Below are positions 49,791-62,279 of a DNA stretch of 64,000 nt, in pieces; position 1 is the first letter of the stretch; every line of letters starts with the position of its first letter. A program made the position numbers and the translations under genes. Source of the DNA: Eutreptiella sp. 'Long Island Sound 2002'. Taxonomy: Eukaryota; Protista; Euglenida. The DNA is taken from assembly GCA_964036045.1 (NCBI GenBank), contig OZ038378.1:181660001-181724000 (forward strand). The letters are read 5' to 3'. The notes beneath the pieces are model-generated. The model was given only the letters and a program-made list of their open reading frames with translations. It searched no databases and had not been told where the DNA came from.

Positions 49791-50839
49791 TCAGCTTTCC
49801 TCTGCCTCTAAAAGGGACCGCTGTGTGGATGCGGCCCCAATGCAGCCCACTGTACCATAACCTGGCGCCTTTGAGCTTGGAAACGGGGAAAAAACAGTGC
49901 CCAAGAAAACACATATATCGAAAATTTGCACGGTGCATGCAACTCCCTTATAGGGCAATCAAAGATGGCGTGGAGTATTCGGCCACAGGGGGGGGGGGGG
50001 GTCTATTGATGGCGACTGATCAACAGGGCACAAGCGTGATGAAGGATATTTAGAGAACCGGAGGACACTAGTACACCATACAACCAGTGACACGTACAAG
50101 CTAGAGAGCATACCAACAATGCGCGGGCACATGCTATAGCGCTTGGCGGGGACACCAATGGCAAAGCCTCAAACTACAGGCGTGAGGTCACAACACCTGT
50201 ACAGCATGGGAGGTTCCTGCACCGGCACCCTGTGCCGCTGTCAGCAATGGGGCTGCTGCAGTTGACCTTGTGCGACTGTTAAGATTTGGGGGGGTGATGA
50301 GGCCCAAGAGGAACCAAAAGATGCACCTTTACGACAGCCGATGATAGCGCTGGCGAAGAAGCGTGGACAAGTGGATGTGATTCTCGGGTTTTTGCTAGAT
50401 TTGGGGCACATGATCAGGTGGAGAGTGGTGGACCATGATGCAGTTGGTTTTATGTCGCCATTTGTCTCCTTCCCACTTTCGAGGCTTGATACAACAGGGT
50501 TCGATCAGATAGGGGATAGAAGGAATTTGGGTCAGCATAGCGTGGGGGAGGGTTATTGTGCTTGTGTGTGCCCCCAAAGAACTCCCGTCCTGGCATGTAT
50601 TATTGTCGCCAATGACAAATCAGAGGTTGGTTTTGTGGATGGGGTTGTTGGCTGTGTGGGCAATGCGTTGTCATGCCCAGTTCCGAAAGGTTAGACAAAG
50701 CATGATTCTGTATCCTCTTGATGAAAATAAATTGCAGGACTCCTGTTCACTGCAGAGCACAACAATTCCACTCGGGGATCTGACGGTGCTGATGGGGTTG
50801 CTTTTAGTGTGGCAGGGTACAGGGCAGTTGGTGGGTAAT

Positions 50840-51075
50840 CCAGTGCAGCCCAAGGGCCTGTACGTGTTGAGTGATGTCTCCAGGTCAGACAATCAAGAGT
50901 AGAAAACATAGAAGGCTGGGTGGGAGCGTCGGATCCAGTTGATCATGTGGACCTGTGGTAAGACATTCTTCCCTCATTGATTCACATGGAGATACTCTTG
51001 TGTTTGAGTGGGTGCCATCACATGTTGGCATGCTGGGCAAGGAAGGGGCAGATGCTCAAGCGGCTCTAGGGAGAA
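50840..51075 (+). mobile_element. Degenerate RNase H fragment of a retrotransposon
   Basis: LVFEWVPSHVGMLGKEGADAQAALG matches the WVPSHxGxxGNExAD motif. GW...VDHVDLW lies upstream in another frame. Confidence 0.7.
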
Positions 51076-54000
51076 AGACAGAGAGCAGTCCATGTCAACC
51101 AATCACAAATTTCTTCAAAAAGGAAGGGGCTGCACAAATTGCCCCTCTTGCTGACCAGTGATGTATGTGCTCACCACACAGTGACCTCTATGTGTATTTT
51201 CCGGTACAGAGACACAAGTAGTGTGGGCAAATAGTTCAATAGTCCACTGTGCAGCTTGTTCTTTGTCCTTTGCCCTGCAGTCATAGGCCGAGTTTGTATT
51301 TATTTGTCCTTGGGGGACGGGGTGCTCTGGCAGTGCAATACATTGAGGTGGTCAGCTACATTCAACTCCCAACTAAGCACGGGCAGGGCGCCTTCAGAGA
51401 AGTATTCGTATGCATGCCCTCCCTCCGAAACACATGCAACAAGCCGTCAGGGCCTCTACCCTCTCTGCAGAGCACGTGCAATGAGACTTTGTTGGTTTCA
51501 TGGATCTATTGGAAGGAAGTTCAAAGTGTGGGTCCACGCAGTCGCGCTGATGCCAGCCGATTGTATGGTCAACACGTCCAATGGACGAGGGCTGGGAAAA
51601 TGCTGAGGGCCAGAGACAAAAGAAGCCTTTGATGACGCATGCTGCAGTGATGCTGCTCGAGCAATGGAAGCCAGACTTAGGGGAGGCAGTCCGATGCAGA
51701 GCACAATGAATTCACCACTCAAAATAAGCACCTGATCCACAGTCCCCCTCCCGCGCCGCATCTTGTGAAGCTTTCGCAAAACCCCAAGTGGATACGGTCC
51801 CGACACAAACTTTGGCGGCAGGTTCGGGGACAGTGATAGTGACATTACAAAGGGCCCATACACAACTGACGGCAGCGAAGCTTGCGAACACACCGTGCTT
51901 CTGCAAATCTGGGGCAGGTTCCATAGAGGCTGGTTGAGTACCGTGTGGTGTACAACCGTGGTCCAGTTCCATTTCTCTTGCAGGACATGCTTGTCGGTGG
52001 AGGGCACTTCAAGAACGCAGTGTGTGTGTGGGGACTTGCCCGGGGTGCTAGTGGGGCGTGCTTCCTGTGGGTGTGGAGGTAGGGCAGGGGCGGGTGGCTT
52101 GATGCCCCCTTTCTACACCCCTGCCCAACGGATGGTGGGGCTCCGAAGGCAGCCTTCCCAAGCAGCCAGCTGCCACTGGGGGCTCTCCTGCCCACACCCA
52201 ATGTGGATGGTGGCCCCAGTTGCTGCCATTGGCCAGAAAGCCGTGTTCTGCTGCAGCTGAGAAAGAACTCCATAATGAGAGCCCAAAATGCTCCCTGATA
52301 CACCCAAGGGTGCTGCAGGGTGTGTTACAGTGTGTGGCCGTGTACCAGGGCATGAGGGGTGTGACGGGGTGTCTAGTAGTGTGTCAGGGTGTCTAGTAGT
52401 GTGTCAGGGTGTCCAGGGGTGTGTCAGGGTGTGTCGGGGCGCGGCGTGTGTACAGACAGGCAGTGGCAAACCTATGGTCGCCCATTGCTCAGGGCCACGG
52501 GAATCAATGAGTAGACGAAATATTGTACGAGGCGGGCGTGGGGGGGCGATTGGAAAGAAGGGAGACCGAAATGGATTTCAAGAGCTGTTACGCTCCAGTG
52601 TCATACCCAGCCAATGGTCGTAACATTAGCACACCAATGAACGAAACGCCAGGGTCCAGTGAGGCACCAATACACAAACCTGCAAGGTGCACACATGGTG
52701 CACGCAGGCTGCAGGATATCTCCACCCAAAGGCACATGCCTTGTTTTGTGGTGGAGAGTGGCGGCTTGTGCTCCAGCCTGATAAACCAGAGATGCTGGCT
52801 CTGTGACCAGGCAGTGCGGCTGGATGCGTGTCACGCGCAGAAGCACTGAACTCTAGCATGGACTGGGCTGTATGTATCGGCCAACACGTTGATCGTGATG
52901 GTGACGGTGACAGAGGACAAGATTTCAGTCAGAAGCGCTCATGCACCTTGCTGGAATGGTCAGGGATGCTTTGGACGAGGGGAAATACACCCCCCCCCCT
53001 TCTCCTGAGCGCCCAACCCGGGGGCATGGGGCGAGGGGGAGGGTCATACCTTGACTGGTGAAAAATTCATTCACGGGGCTGGCGGGCCACTCAAGCCCCC
53101 GTTCCCAACCCCCCTCCCCCTTCACGAGGGGCGGGGCTTCAATGACTGACCCTATTTTCCGGCCCCCGCTTTATAAGCGGGATGGGCACTGCGACTCCTG
53201 AATGAGGAAAACCTGATGAGGAGCCCCGGACGTCCCTGGTTATCAGTCTTTTCTTCTCCCCCTCCCCCAACAGATCTACTAAAACGGAGGCAACACAATC
53301 CATTGAGATCACTCAAACCATGCAAAAGAAAAGACGTCTGACCCTTGGGGACACCACCACACTTTTAACAATGTCAAGTGAACCGCTACCTGCGTGCGGG
53401 AACGCTCAAATAGCAAAAGGCTGGCACAAAAATGCCCCTTTACAACCAATAATAATAATACTACTCAGTCATGGGTGCCCCTTGTCCACAACGGCCTGCC
53501 TCCTATTTTGGGGGGGGCTGGAGTGACCCCCCCCCCCCACCACCATAAATGAATTTTTCACCCGCCCTTGCACAAGAACGTAACACACACAAGTGCACAC
53601 GCACGCAGACCAGTTCCGAATAGTACTGCACAATCTTCGGAACAACAATCACAATCGCCACCAAAGCAAATCAGAGACGCCTCAGGTTGTGCATGACAAC
53701 GGTCAGACCTTCAATGAAGATTTGCCGGCGCAGGTGCGACGTTTGTCGCCACGTCTTGGAACGGTTTCCTGCCACCAGAAATGGCACGTATATACCTCTT
53801 CAGAACACCCACTTTCAGCGCGTTTCCGATCTCCTCCCCCTCACCCCAGCTGGTGATGAGCCTCAGGCGCATTCGACAACTGCTCGGCTCCGGCCCCACC
53901 CATTCGATATCACGCATACGTATGCGACCACGCGCCAACGCATGCGCGGCACCCCCACTCCCAACAATACCAGGACACAAAAAGCCAGCCACCCGTGACC

Positions 54001-54136
54001 AGACTACTGAGGACTTTCGTGTGCACATGCAGTTCCCTCCCCTCCAACCCCACCCCCACCCGCCATTGAGTGCCTATTGGGTGCAGGGCCACGGGGCTGG
54101 CACCTTTTGCAGCCGCGATTTGGCTGAGGTCCTGTG

Positions 54137-54929
54137 CCACCAATGAACTCAATATTTATCACTCGTTCTGCATGCTAGCTCCTAAAAAAGCAGAGCGCCC
54201 TGGGCCTCGTCAACATGGCAGAAGCGGTGGCAACACCTGGACATTGGTCTGGTACCTGTTCAGAGCCAAAAGGTTAAGATGCCACATTGGTTTCAAGAGC
54301 GAAGCAGAATGCCGCAGAGGAAGCCACTGGTGATTGATTGCAGTTAATATGGGTTGATGCCATGTGGTGCCGGTGTCCTTTGGTGCTCGGGAGGGGGGAG
54401 GGTTTGGCACAAGGCCTCGGTATCTGATTGTTTGCTTGTCGGGAGGGGGGAGGGGGAGTTGACGGCAAATCCTTTAAGGCTGTCCAATGTCAAATCACAG
54501 ACTGAAGGGGTTGAGACGGACAGCCCACCTTATAATATATAAGCATTATTATTCCTTGAGGGGCTCAAGACAGCAAAAACTCGTCCATTTAAGCTGGCGT
54601 CTCAGGAAACCATCGACACTGCACCGAAGCACAGGTATGACCTTGTAGTGGATCATTCCAGTGACCGTTTGGGTGGCAGTGGGGATCACTGGGGAGGATC
54701 AGCTGCCATCCTCTTAGCGCAGCCCTGGCACACTTCTCCATCCCTCAACCTGCACTGCCTAGCCAAACGGCCGCCACCAGTGAACTCAATATTCATCACT
54801 CGTTCTGCATGCTAGCTCCTAAAAAAGCAGAGCGCCCTGGGCCTCGTCAACATGGCAGAAGCGGTGGCAACACCTGGACATTGGTCTGGTACCTGTTCAG
54901 AGCCAAAAGGTTAAGATGCCGCATTGGTT
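54137..54929 (+). repeat. About 155-bp direct repeat (54137-54292 and 54774-54929)
   Basis: Near-identical copies 637 bp apart. Confidence 0.9.
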
Positions 54930-56353
54930 CACGGAGCGAAGCTTCAGCCGCCCCTACCGTCAGACCGCCATCGCCGCCAGTTCGCGGCAGTTGGTGTGTG
55001 TGTTGGGGGGGGGGGGGGGGGAAGCGTGAACCATCAAGAATTGAGTAGGTTTCCACGTGCACGGTACAAGCACTGCGCCAGATGTTCAAAGTGACCATGT
55101 GAAACCACACACACACACACTATGCAATGGATCCAACACAACAACCCTGGAGGCAACAGGGCACTGCACTGGACAGCTTCAGCTCGTCAGGCCAGCAAAA
55201 ACAATGGGTGTGACATTGTCATGTGGCTAGGCGCCTTTCTGCAGTGCAAGGCAAAGAGAGGTTCTGTGGGAGAATCAGGTCCTACCCCCCGCCCTGCGCC
55301 GCTCAGTGACCGTGACACAGGTGCACCCCTGGAGGTTAAGTGGTCACTGAATCAAAATCACTGAAGAGAAGGGAGGAAGCGAATTTGGATACCTGTCGCA
55401 ACGCATACCGAATCCCTGGTTCTGGCAGGCCACCCGTAACCGGGTGACTACACACACACAACCATACATGATGGGAGGGAGCAACATTCAGAGGAGAGGG
55501 AGGTAGTGGGTTCACCCGTGGAGGTATACCATAGATGTAGGAGCGCAGGTACATCATGGCACCAAGCACCTGTCACTCCATTGGGAGACAGGCGTTCCGG
55601 GAGGGTCCAGAAGGAGTATTGTGACCCTTTCCAAAAAGCATGTTTTTGAGCCATTTCAAAATTACCGACACGTGGCAGCACCTCTGGCGAGGAAAATGTT
55701 TAATTTGTTGGTGAATGTAGCCTGCGGTTTTCTCGGAAGCATGTGGAGTCACTGAGTATGCCCGCTGAATGGCACTGTGTGCCCACCTCGCCGTGGCTTT
55801 CTTGTTGTACCCTGACAGGATTGCAACCTGGCACCATGCAGAAATGCTCAGTAACTGCGCTCCCCAAGTTTGGCACCATGGGACACTTGCAGCTAGGGCC
55901 CCACTGAGAATTGCAGGAACATACCCGGCATGCTGGCACTGTGGAGTCTTGAGGGGAGGGCATTGGGGTGGAGGTAGGCCAGGCCTTCACCCTGTGGGCC
56001 TCGCACCATGCAGAACCCCATGGCTGTAACGTGTGTTTTGTGGCAGGAACCATTGCACTGTGTGTTGTCTGCCATGCAGTCGCACAGGACCCTGAGGTTC
56101 CATGCTTCACCCAGCGTTGTGCAAACACACTGTGTACACACACACACAGAGGATCGTGGGTGGTCAGCTCTCTTGCAATAAAAAGCTCTGATGACAACAC
56201 TCTGCCTTGGAGTGCACCCCATGTCTGCAGTGAAGTGGGTCAGGGCCGGCGGTGAGTCCACATTCCGCTTGGGAACCCGAGGTCAAACACCCGCTTGTGG
56301 CGTGAGCGGCTCGGGGCAGAGTATCAAGGGATAAGAGGAAGTGCCACCGATAC

Positions 56354-56719
56354 CCAGGACTCTCCCCCACTCCCCTTTAGCTTCCAGTCTTCCCTGCGCT
56401 CGTTGTGAGTTGGTGAGCGTCCTTGACGGTGACAGAGGCCTGTGGTCGGGACCAGACGCCCGCCGCACCATCTGCCGGACCAGCACCGGCGACAACCTTC
56501 GACATCCCCGTTGGATTGCCTGCTGGACCCCCTGCCGGAGCTGCGAGACCATTACGAGACCAGGCGGTGAATGGTCTCAATCACGTCTTGCAACTGTGCG
56601 TTGTCACGGCGGACCTGCTGGATCTCCAGATCTTTCTTGAAAAGGGCCGTTTGCAAGTTCCGCCTCGCTCTGCGAGCGAAGGAAGCGGATGGACGTCCGA
56701 AAATCCGCCCGTGGCAGGT
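56354..56719 (-). pseudogene. Disrupted coiled-coil exon (LQTALFKKDLEIQQVRRDNAQLQDVIETIHRLVS / QLRQGVQQAIQRG...)
   Basis: The heptad-like peptide stops at a TAA created by an 11-bp insertion. The frame relation to the upstream exon is unresolved. Confidence 0.4.
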
Positions 56720-57039
56720 CTGTACCCGACCCCCCCCCCCCCTCGCCGCCACGCTGCACTATCCGTCCGAAAATTGGTCAGTGAGCGAAAGTTACTGCGC
56801 AATGCCAGAGAGCGCTCGTCAGCCTCAGGGGAAATGGTGTACAAAAGCTGCACAAACCTGCACGAATTTGTACGAACATGCACAGGGGTACACAAGGGGC
56901 AGCCTCCACCAGACCACACTGGCCCACGATCGGCCACCGACCCTCTAACTGCCGTCCACAGCGATCCATCAGTGACCAACTACCTCTGCTCTTCTTCGGT
57001 CAAGCCCTGCCCTGTGGTATGTGCTGCGCAGCATGGCAC

Positions 57040-57187
57040 CTGTCGCTTGTGTCATCCATGGCGTCCAGGGCTGTCGAACTGCCGAATGAGCTGTTGGCAT
57101 TGAACGGCAAGTTAGCCCGGCCGAAGGAGAAATTGCCCTTCCGCGGGGAGAAAGGATCCTTCGGTTCTGGTGATGGAAATAGCAACT
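57040..57187 (-). CDS. Possible exon (LLFPSPEPKDPFSPRKGNFSFGRANLPFNANSSFGSSTALDAMDDTSDR)
   Basis: Acceptor tacttttggAG, donor AG|GTGCCA. Protein-like composition. Confidence 0.35.
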
Positions 57188-60100
57188 CTCCAAAAGTACG
57201 TGAGGTACGTCGGGGGGACCTGATGCGAGGATGTGGCTACATGGGCCACACGGAGAACACACACGTAGGACCGCGTGGAGGTGCCAAATACCGCCGTGTC
57301 CAGGGGGAAACACAGTCACGAACCCAACATGCACAACATCCGAATGGTCCCTTTTTAGAAGTTGGGGGGGGCAGTGGTGTCGAGCGTGAGGCCTGTCAGG
57401 TGCGGTGAGGCAGGCGGTTGCCAAAACGGTTTGGGCTTATCACTGCATAATCCCCAAAAAATTTCGTGCCACAAAAAATTGCGACACATCGCGAGGAAGC
57501 ACAAAAAAATTTACTGTTGTTGAAATGCATGAACATCACGAACATCACCTGAAAACCCGTGCAAAAATGGTAATATTCAGCTGTTAGCACTGCGGGCACT
57601 GGCTTCCTGCATGTTTGCGGTTTACGTTTTGGTGTTACGCACACAAGATGTCGGACTCTGATGAACCCGAGACTTATAGAACTGCCACACGCAAACAGGG
57701 GCGCAACTGGGGCAAGGGAGAGCGTGGCTGGCTGCAGGTGCATCCGTCGCCACAGCAAGCAAACCCTTGAACAGGCTCAATGAATGCGTAGAAAATCTTC
57801 CAGAAAACTGCCCGATGGGTTTCTTGTTGCTGTAGTTGCCTCCGGTGTTGCTTGGTGTGTTCCCCCTGATTTGCCAACACACAACGGGGTCAGGACATTT
57901 GGCCAAATCACATCAGGTGACGGGGGTTGTGGGGAGCAGGGGGGGGGGGGGGCTGATGCAGACTTGGCCCAGCCACTTGATGCACGCGCAACCCCCTGAC
58001 CCTTCACTGACCAGCGGCACCGCCCCTTCCTTTTGACCGCTGCAAAAATTCGCGCAGCAGTGGGGCATGCTGAGGCAAAGGATTGCATTTTGAGCGCCCC
58101 CTTCCTGCACACAAGCACACGCATTCCGTCATGTGCCCTCCGAGTGAACCGGTCCTGAAGCTCTTGATGGACGGCTTTGGCAAGAACGGATACTCTTCTC
58201 GAGATTCCGTCCACACTGTTTGTCTGCCCACCGCGCATGTCTAAACGGACTTGAACCGGCTTGTGCTGGTATGGCATGTTTACACCAGCTTCCCCTTCTG
58301 TTCATCAAAAAAATATGCAAAATGCCTGGAAACACGGTGCACCACTGATGTGTAACACTTGGTCCACATCCCATTTGAAGTTTCAATTTACAGAGATCTT
58401 TGGCTGACCCCTTTAACACGGGTTTTCAACCCAAATTTCGCTATGTGATTTTTTTCTGATTTGACGAAGATCTCCTTGTTTCTACTTTTTTTCCACTGAG
58501 TCCAGTTCCGAGCTGAGTACCCCGGAGTTTCAGTGAAACCTGATATCAGGCTTAAGCTTTGGGGGCACCCATTTCCACAACTTTTGAGTCTGGCCAGTGG
58601 GTTTCACGTGGGCAGCCCACCCACGAGGAAGCCTAAAACAGCAGCCTCTCGCCTCCTTGTAGGCTTTGAAAAGAGGGAGGGAGGACAGCGCACATGGTCC
58701 GGCCCAGTGTCAGCAGCGCCCTGCAAGGGGTCCCAGCAGGCATCCAAGTGCCAATGATCCAACTTGACTCGGCTTTGTCGAGTTTCTGCTGTTTGCCCAT
58801 TTTGTTGAAACATAAAAGATGCGCTTTTCAAGGCCGCCTGTGTTTGTTGCTGTTGGGGAACATTGACAACCATCGTAGACGATTGTTGAAGGGTTACATC
58901 TTGCTCATGATGATGGAGGCTGAGCTGCGGCTTTGCAAACACGTGTTCCAGGCTTTCCTTGTGAGCTACCATCCCATTCTTTGACACTCTTCCCGAAGAC
59001 ATGTGAAGGCAGCTCCGACCATTGGCATCCCAACAGTTCCAAGTAAGCAGTGCAGTTTCCGATTCTGCGAATTACCTTGTTTGTCAGGCATAACTGTGCC
59101 CAAGACTCTCACCAATTGCCCAGCCGGCAGCAATCCTGGTTCTCTCATCGCTCCTCACAGGTTTCTAAGACCCTTTGTCAGCAGATGCAGCAGGTGGCGC
59201 TGCCATCAGAAAATGTGGTGTGAAGATGGAAAGAAACACATTGCCCACTGCAGCATGCTGCGTCATGCTTCGAAATCCCTTTACGCTGCGGAAAGCTGAG
59301 GCTGTGGCTTTTGGCGTTTGCTCGCATCTGCAGTCGCTCCTCTCCAACTACGGAGATTGGTCGGAGAACGTGCAGGTCCGTTCAAAACCAGCATTTGCAA
59401 CGACGAAAACACAAGATCACGGCAAATCGTCCAAAATGCATCAGAAGGCATACGATTGCTCCCTGAGCACTTCAATCTGTTTATCAAGTTCTTCTTCTTC
59501 TTGCTGGAATTCGGCGTCACGTTTCATTCTCGCATCCTCAATGTCCTCGCCATCGATGTCTGAACTCAGCAGGCAATCATCGCTCTCACTACCTGTAACA
59601 CACACACACACACACACACATCATACACACAAATGTTGGCAAAGACACGGCAGGGTATCAGACAAATCTTGCTAGGCCAGTGCAGGCAAAAGAGCATGCA
59701 AAGACCGGGGGCCTTTCCGTCAATCAATATTTCTTTCTGACTCTCTGACAATCAGAGCAGCAGGACAGGGGGGAAGGAGGAAGGAGCTGGTCTTTTCCCT
59801 AGTCCTGGTACCTCCTGGTCACGTGGAATGCATGGTGGGCGAACACTGCAAAGCGAGGTCAGGCGGGCATTTGAGGCTTCTTAAAGGCGCCTGATTCCCA
59901 AACTTTGCACCTCTGGCAGCACATGGCGGACCGGAGGCATGTATGCACCCCTCACCGTGCTGTAGAGTGGACACCCCTGCAGCCGCGACACTGCGTGGAT
60001 CATCATCAGGGGCTGCAAGGGAATGGTGTACCGCACACCGACAAATACACACATAAACATACTTACACACATAAACACATGTCTCTCTGGGACACCGCGT

Positions 60101-62149
60101 TTGGTGTCAACACAGAGCGTTTTCAGGGGTTGGTGCCTCTGTTGCCTCATTTGTGCCCGCTGAGTGTCCCAAAAGGGGGGGGGGGGGTATGTGGGGTATA
60201 TTCGGAAAGCCCTTGAAAAGGGCTTTTCGGAGATGTATGGTTAGGAGGGGGTCTGGAACCATATTTTTTCGAAAATTGGCCGTTACCGTTGACAGGTTGG
60301 GTTTTTTTTTGCCTGTTCTGGTCTGGGTTCAGACAGACTGCACCGCACCCCTACCCCCATTACTCCAACATATGGGCATATAAGGGTCAAGTCATTCGGG
60401 TGGATTTGTTGCATTTGATGTGTAGAAGACATGTGCAACATGGGTCCCCTCAAGACCCCAATATGTTGAAGACTTTGACCAATAACTACCTTGGACACCT
60501 GGGTGATGCCTGGTGCAACTTGCAGCATCAAGCTCGCCAGAATGCAAGAAATCAAAGATGGCAGAATTTCTCAAACAGGCTGTCAAGTTGGGACATGAGA
60601 CCACAATATTTGGATTCAGCACGTCAAAACGCATCCACTTATCTCCTTTCACTTTCCTCCAACTCCACAATATGTCGGAGCACCCAGGGGAACCCCTATG
60701 AGTTGGTGTCCCACACGCTTGTGCGGAGCAGCCTGAGGCCCAAAAACCCTGAAACACCGAAAAATTCTGCCTCAGTACTCAAAAAAATGTTCACCTATCC
60801 CCACTTTACCCATACATTTCTGAAACGGCCTTTTCTCACAGATTTCAAAAAGTATACACATACCCCCCCCCCCCCGACAGGACGAAATTTTGGTGCATTG
60901 GACGAAAAATTGAGAAAACCCTGAAAAAAAGCGAATCTGCTCCGTGTTGGCACCTAACGGATGTCCCAGAGAGATGTACACACATACACACATGTACACA
61001 CACGCTCTCTCTGCTTCCAGACTTGGAGTCCCGCATGGTGGTGCTTTGCACATACTTAGAGGGTGGGAAAGGCAGAGATGTGAATGTGCCATTTCACCAC
61101 ATCACGGAACTCGGCATCACAACATACAGCCACCGAAAGAGGAGTCGGAAACCGACCTGGTGTGCATGTTCCACTGACCATACTCCCTCGTCCTAACCAA
61201 AGAGGACTGGAAACGTGGTAAACTGAGCAGGAAAGGATGCTAGGAGGGAGAAAAGATAACTGTATGTTGGAGCCGGAGATCACCCAGGTACCTTACTTTA
61301 CCCTCCGTTTCCGCACTCCCTGTGGCTGCCGAAGGGCTAGGTGGCTCAGACCAAGCCCCCCCCGCCCCCCCCCTCGAGGTCCCCACGACCGGACCATTGT
61401 CAACTGACCAGCACACCTCCAAGGATGGCTCGACAAAAGCACCAATCTTGGCCTCAGTCATCTAAAAGGACAGCTAGACAAGTAGCAAGCCTAGGGTTGG
61501 TTGGATGCACCGCTCGACCAGCAAATTGTGCCCGTCTGCGAACAGCTAAGGACAGAAGCGACAGCCATACCGTCCATGCAGCAAATACCTCTGCCCAATT
61601 CATCTTAAAAGTGGTGGATGAGTCTATACAGGTGTGGAGATCCCATGCCCAGGGCCCAGACCACATCACTCAAGGCCCGGGTGGTCCCCAGCGCATCAGG
61701 ACTTGGCACTAGCAGCTCAGGCTCCACTAGCTAGCTGAAAGGCAAGGGGTGTCACAGGTGTCATAGGTCTGCAAGAGGACGGCCCCCTTTTCATAGTGCA
61801 CTGAAACAGGGTTGAGGACTAGCTTTCTGGTTTGAGGGCCCAGCACTCTACCTATACCCATGGGTAGGCATCCCAGCCATTGCCGATGAACCGCAAGAAA
61901 GGCAACCAAAGCTAAAAAGGGGGGTTTAGGACGAAGTCTCAGGAGCTGCAGAGCAGCGCTAAACGTCTTTCGTTCTATGGTAGAGTTGAGGGTGGATGCA
62001 GTTCCGTCCGGCGTAAGAGGCAGTTCTGAAAATTCTGCCCACTGGCAACCATGCTTGCACTTCCACCCAACCCTCAAAGATTGCAACGGATCGACAGGGG
62101 AGCCCGTGTTTTCTTTGTGTTGTTGGGTGCCACCCCAAAACCGCACGGA

Positions 62150-62192
<43 letters not shown>

Positions 62193-62206
62193 ACCAACGG
62201 ATTGAC

Positions 62207-62279
62207 CGAGTGACACTTCAGGGGTGGGGTAAGCAATTCTCCTCGGAATCAGCAAGCGGCCCCGCAGCTCTTGCTCCAT
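62207..62279 (-). CDS. Possible first exon (MEQELRGRLLIPRRIAYPTPEVSL)
   Basis: ATG at 62279. The phase-1 donor G|GTCAAT fits an acceptor at 62036-62035, giving EFSELPLTPDGTASTLNSTIERKTFSAALQLLRL. Confidence 0.35.
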
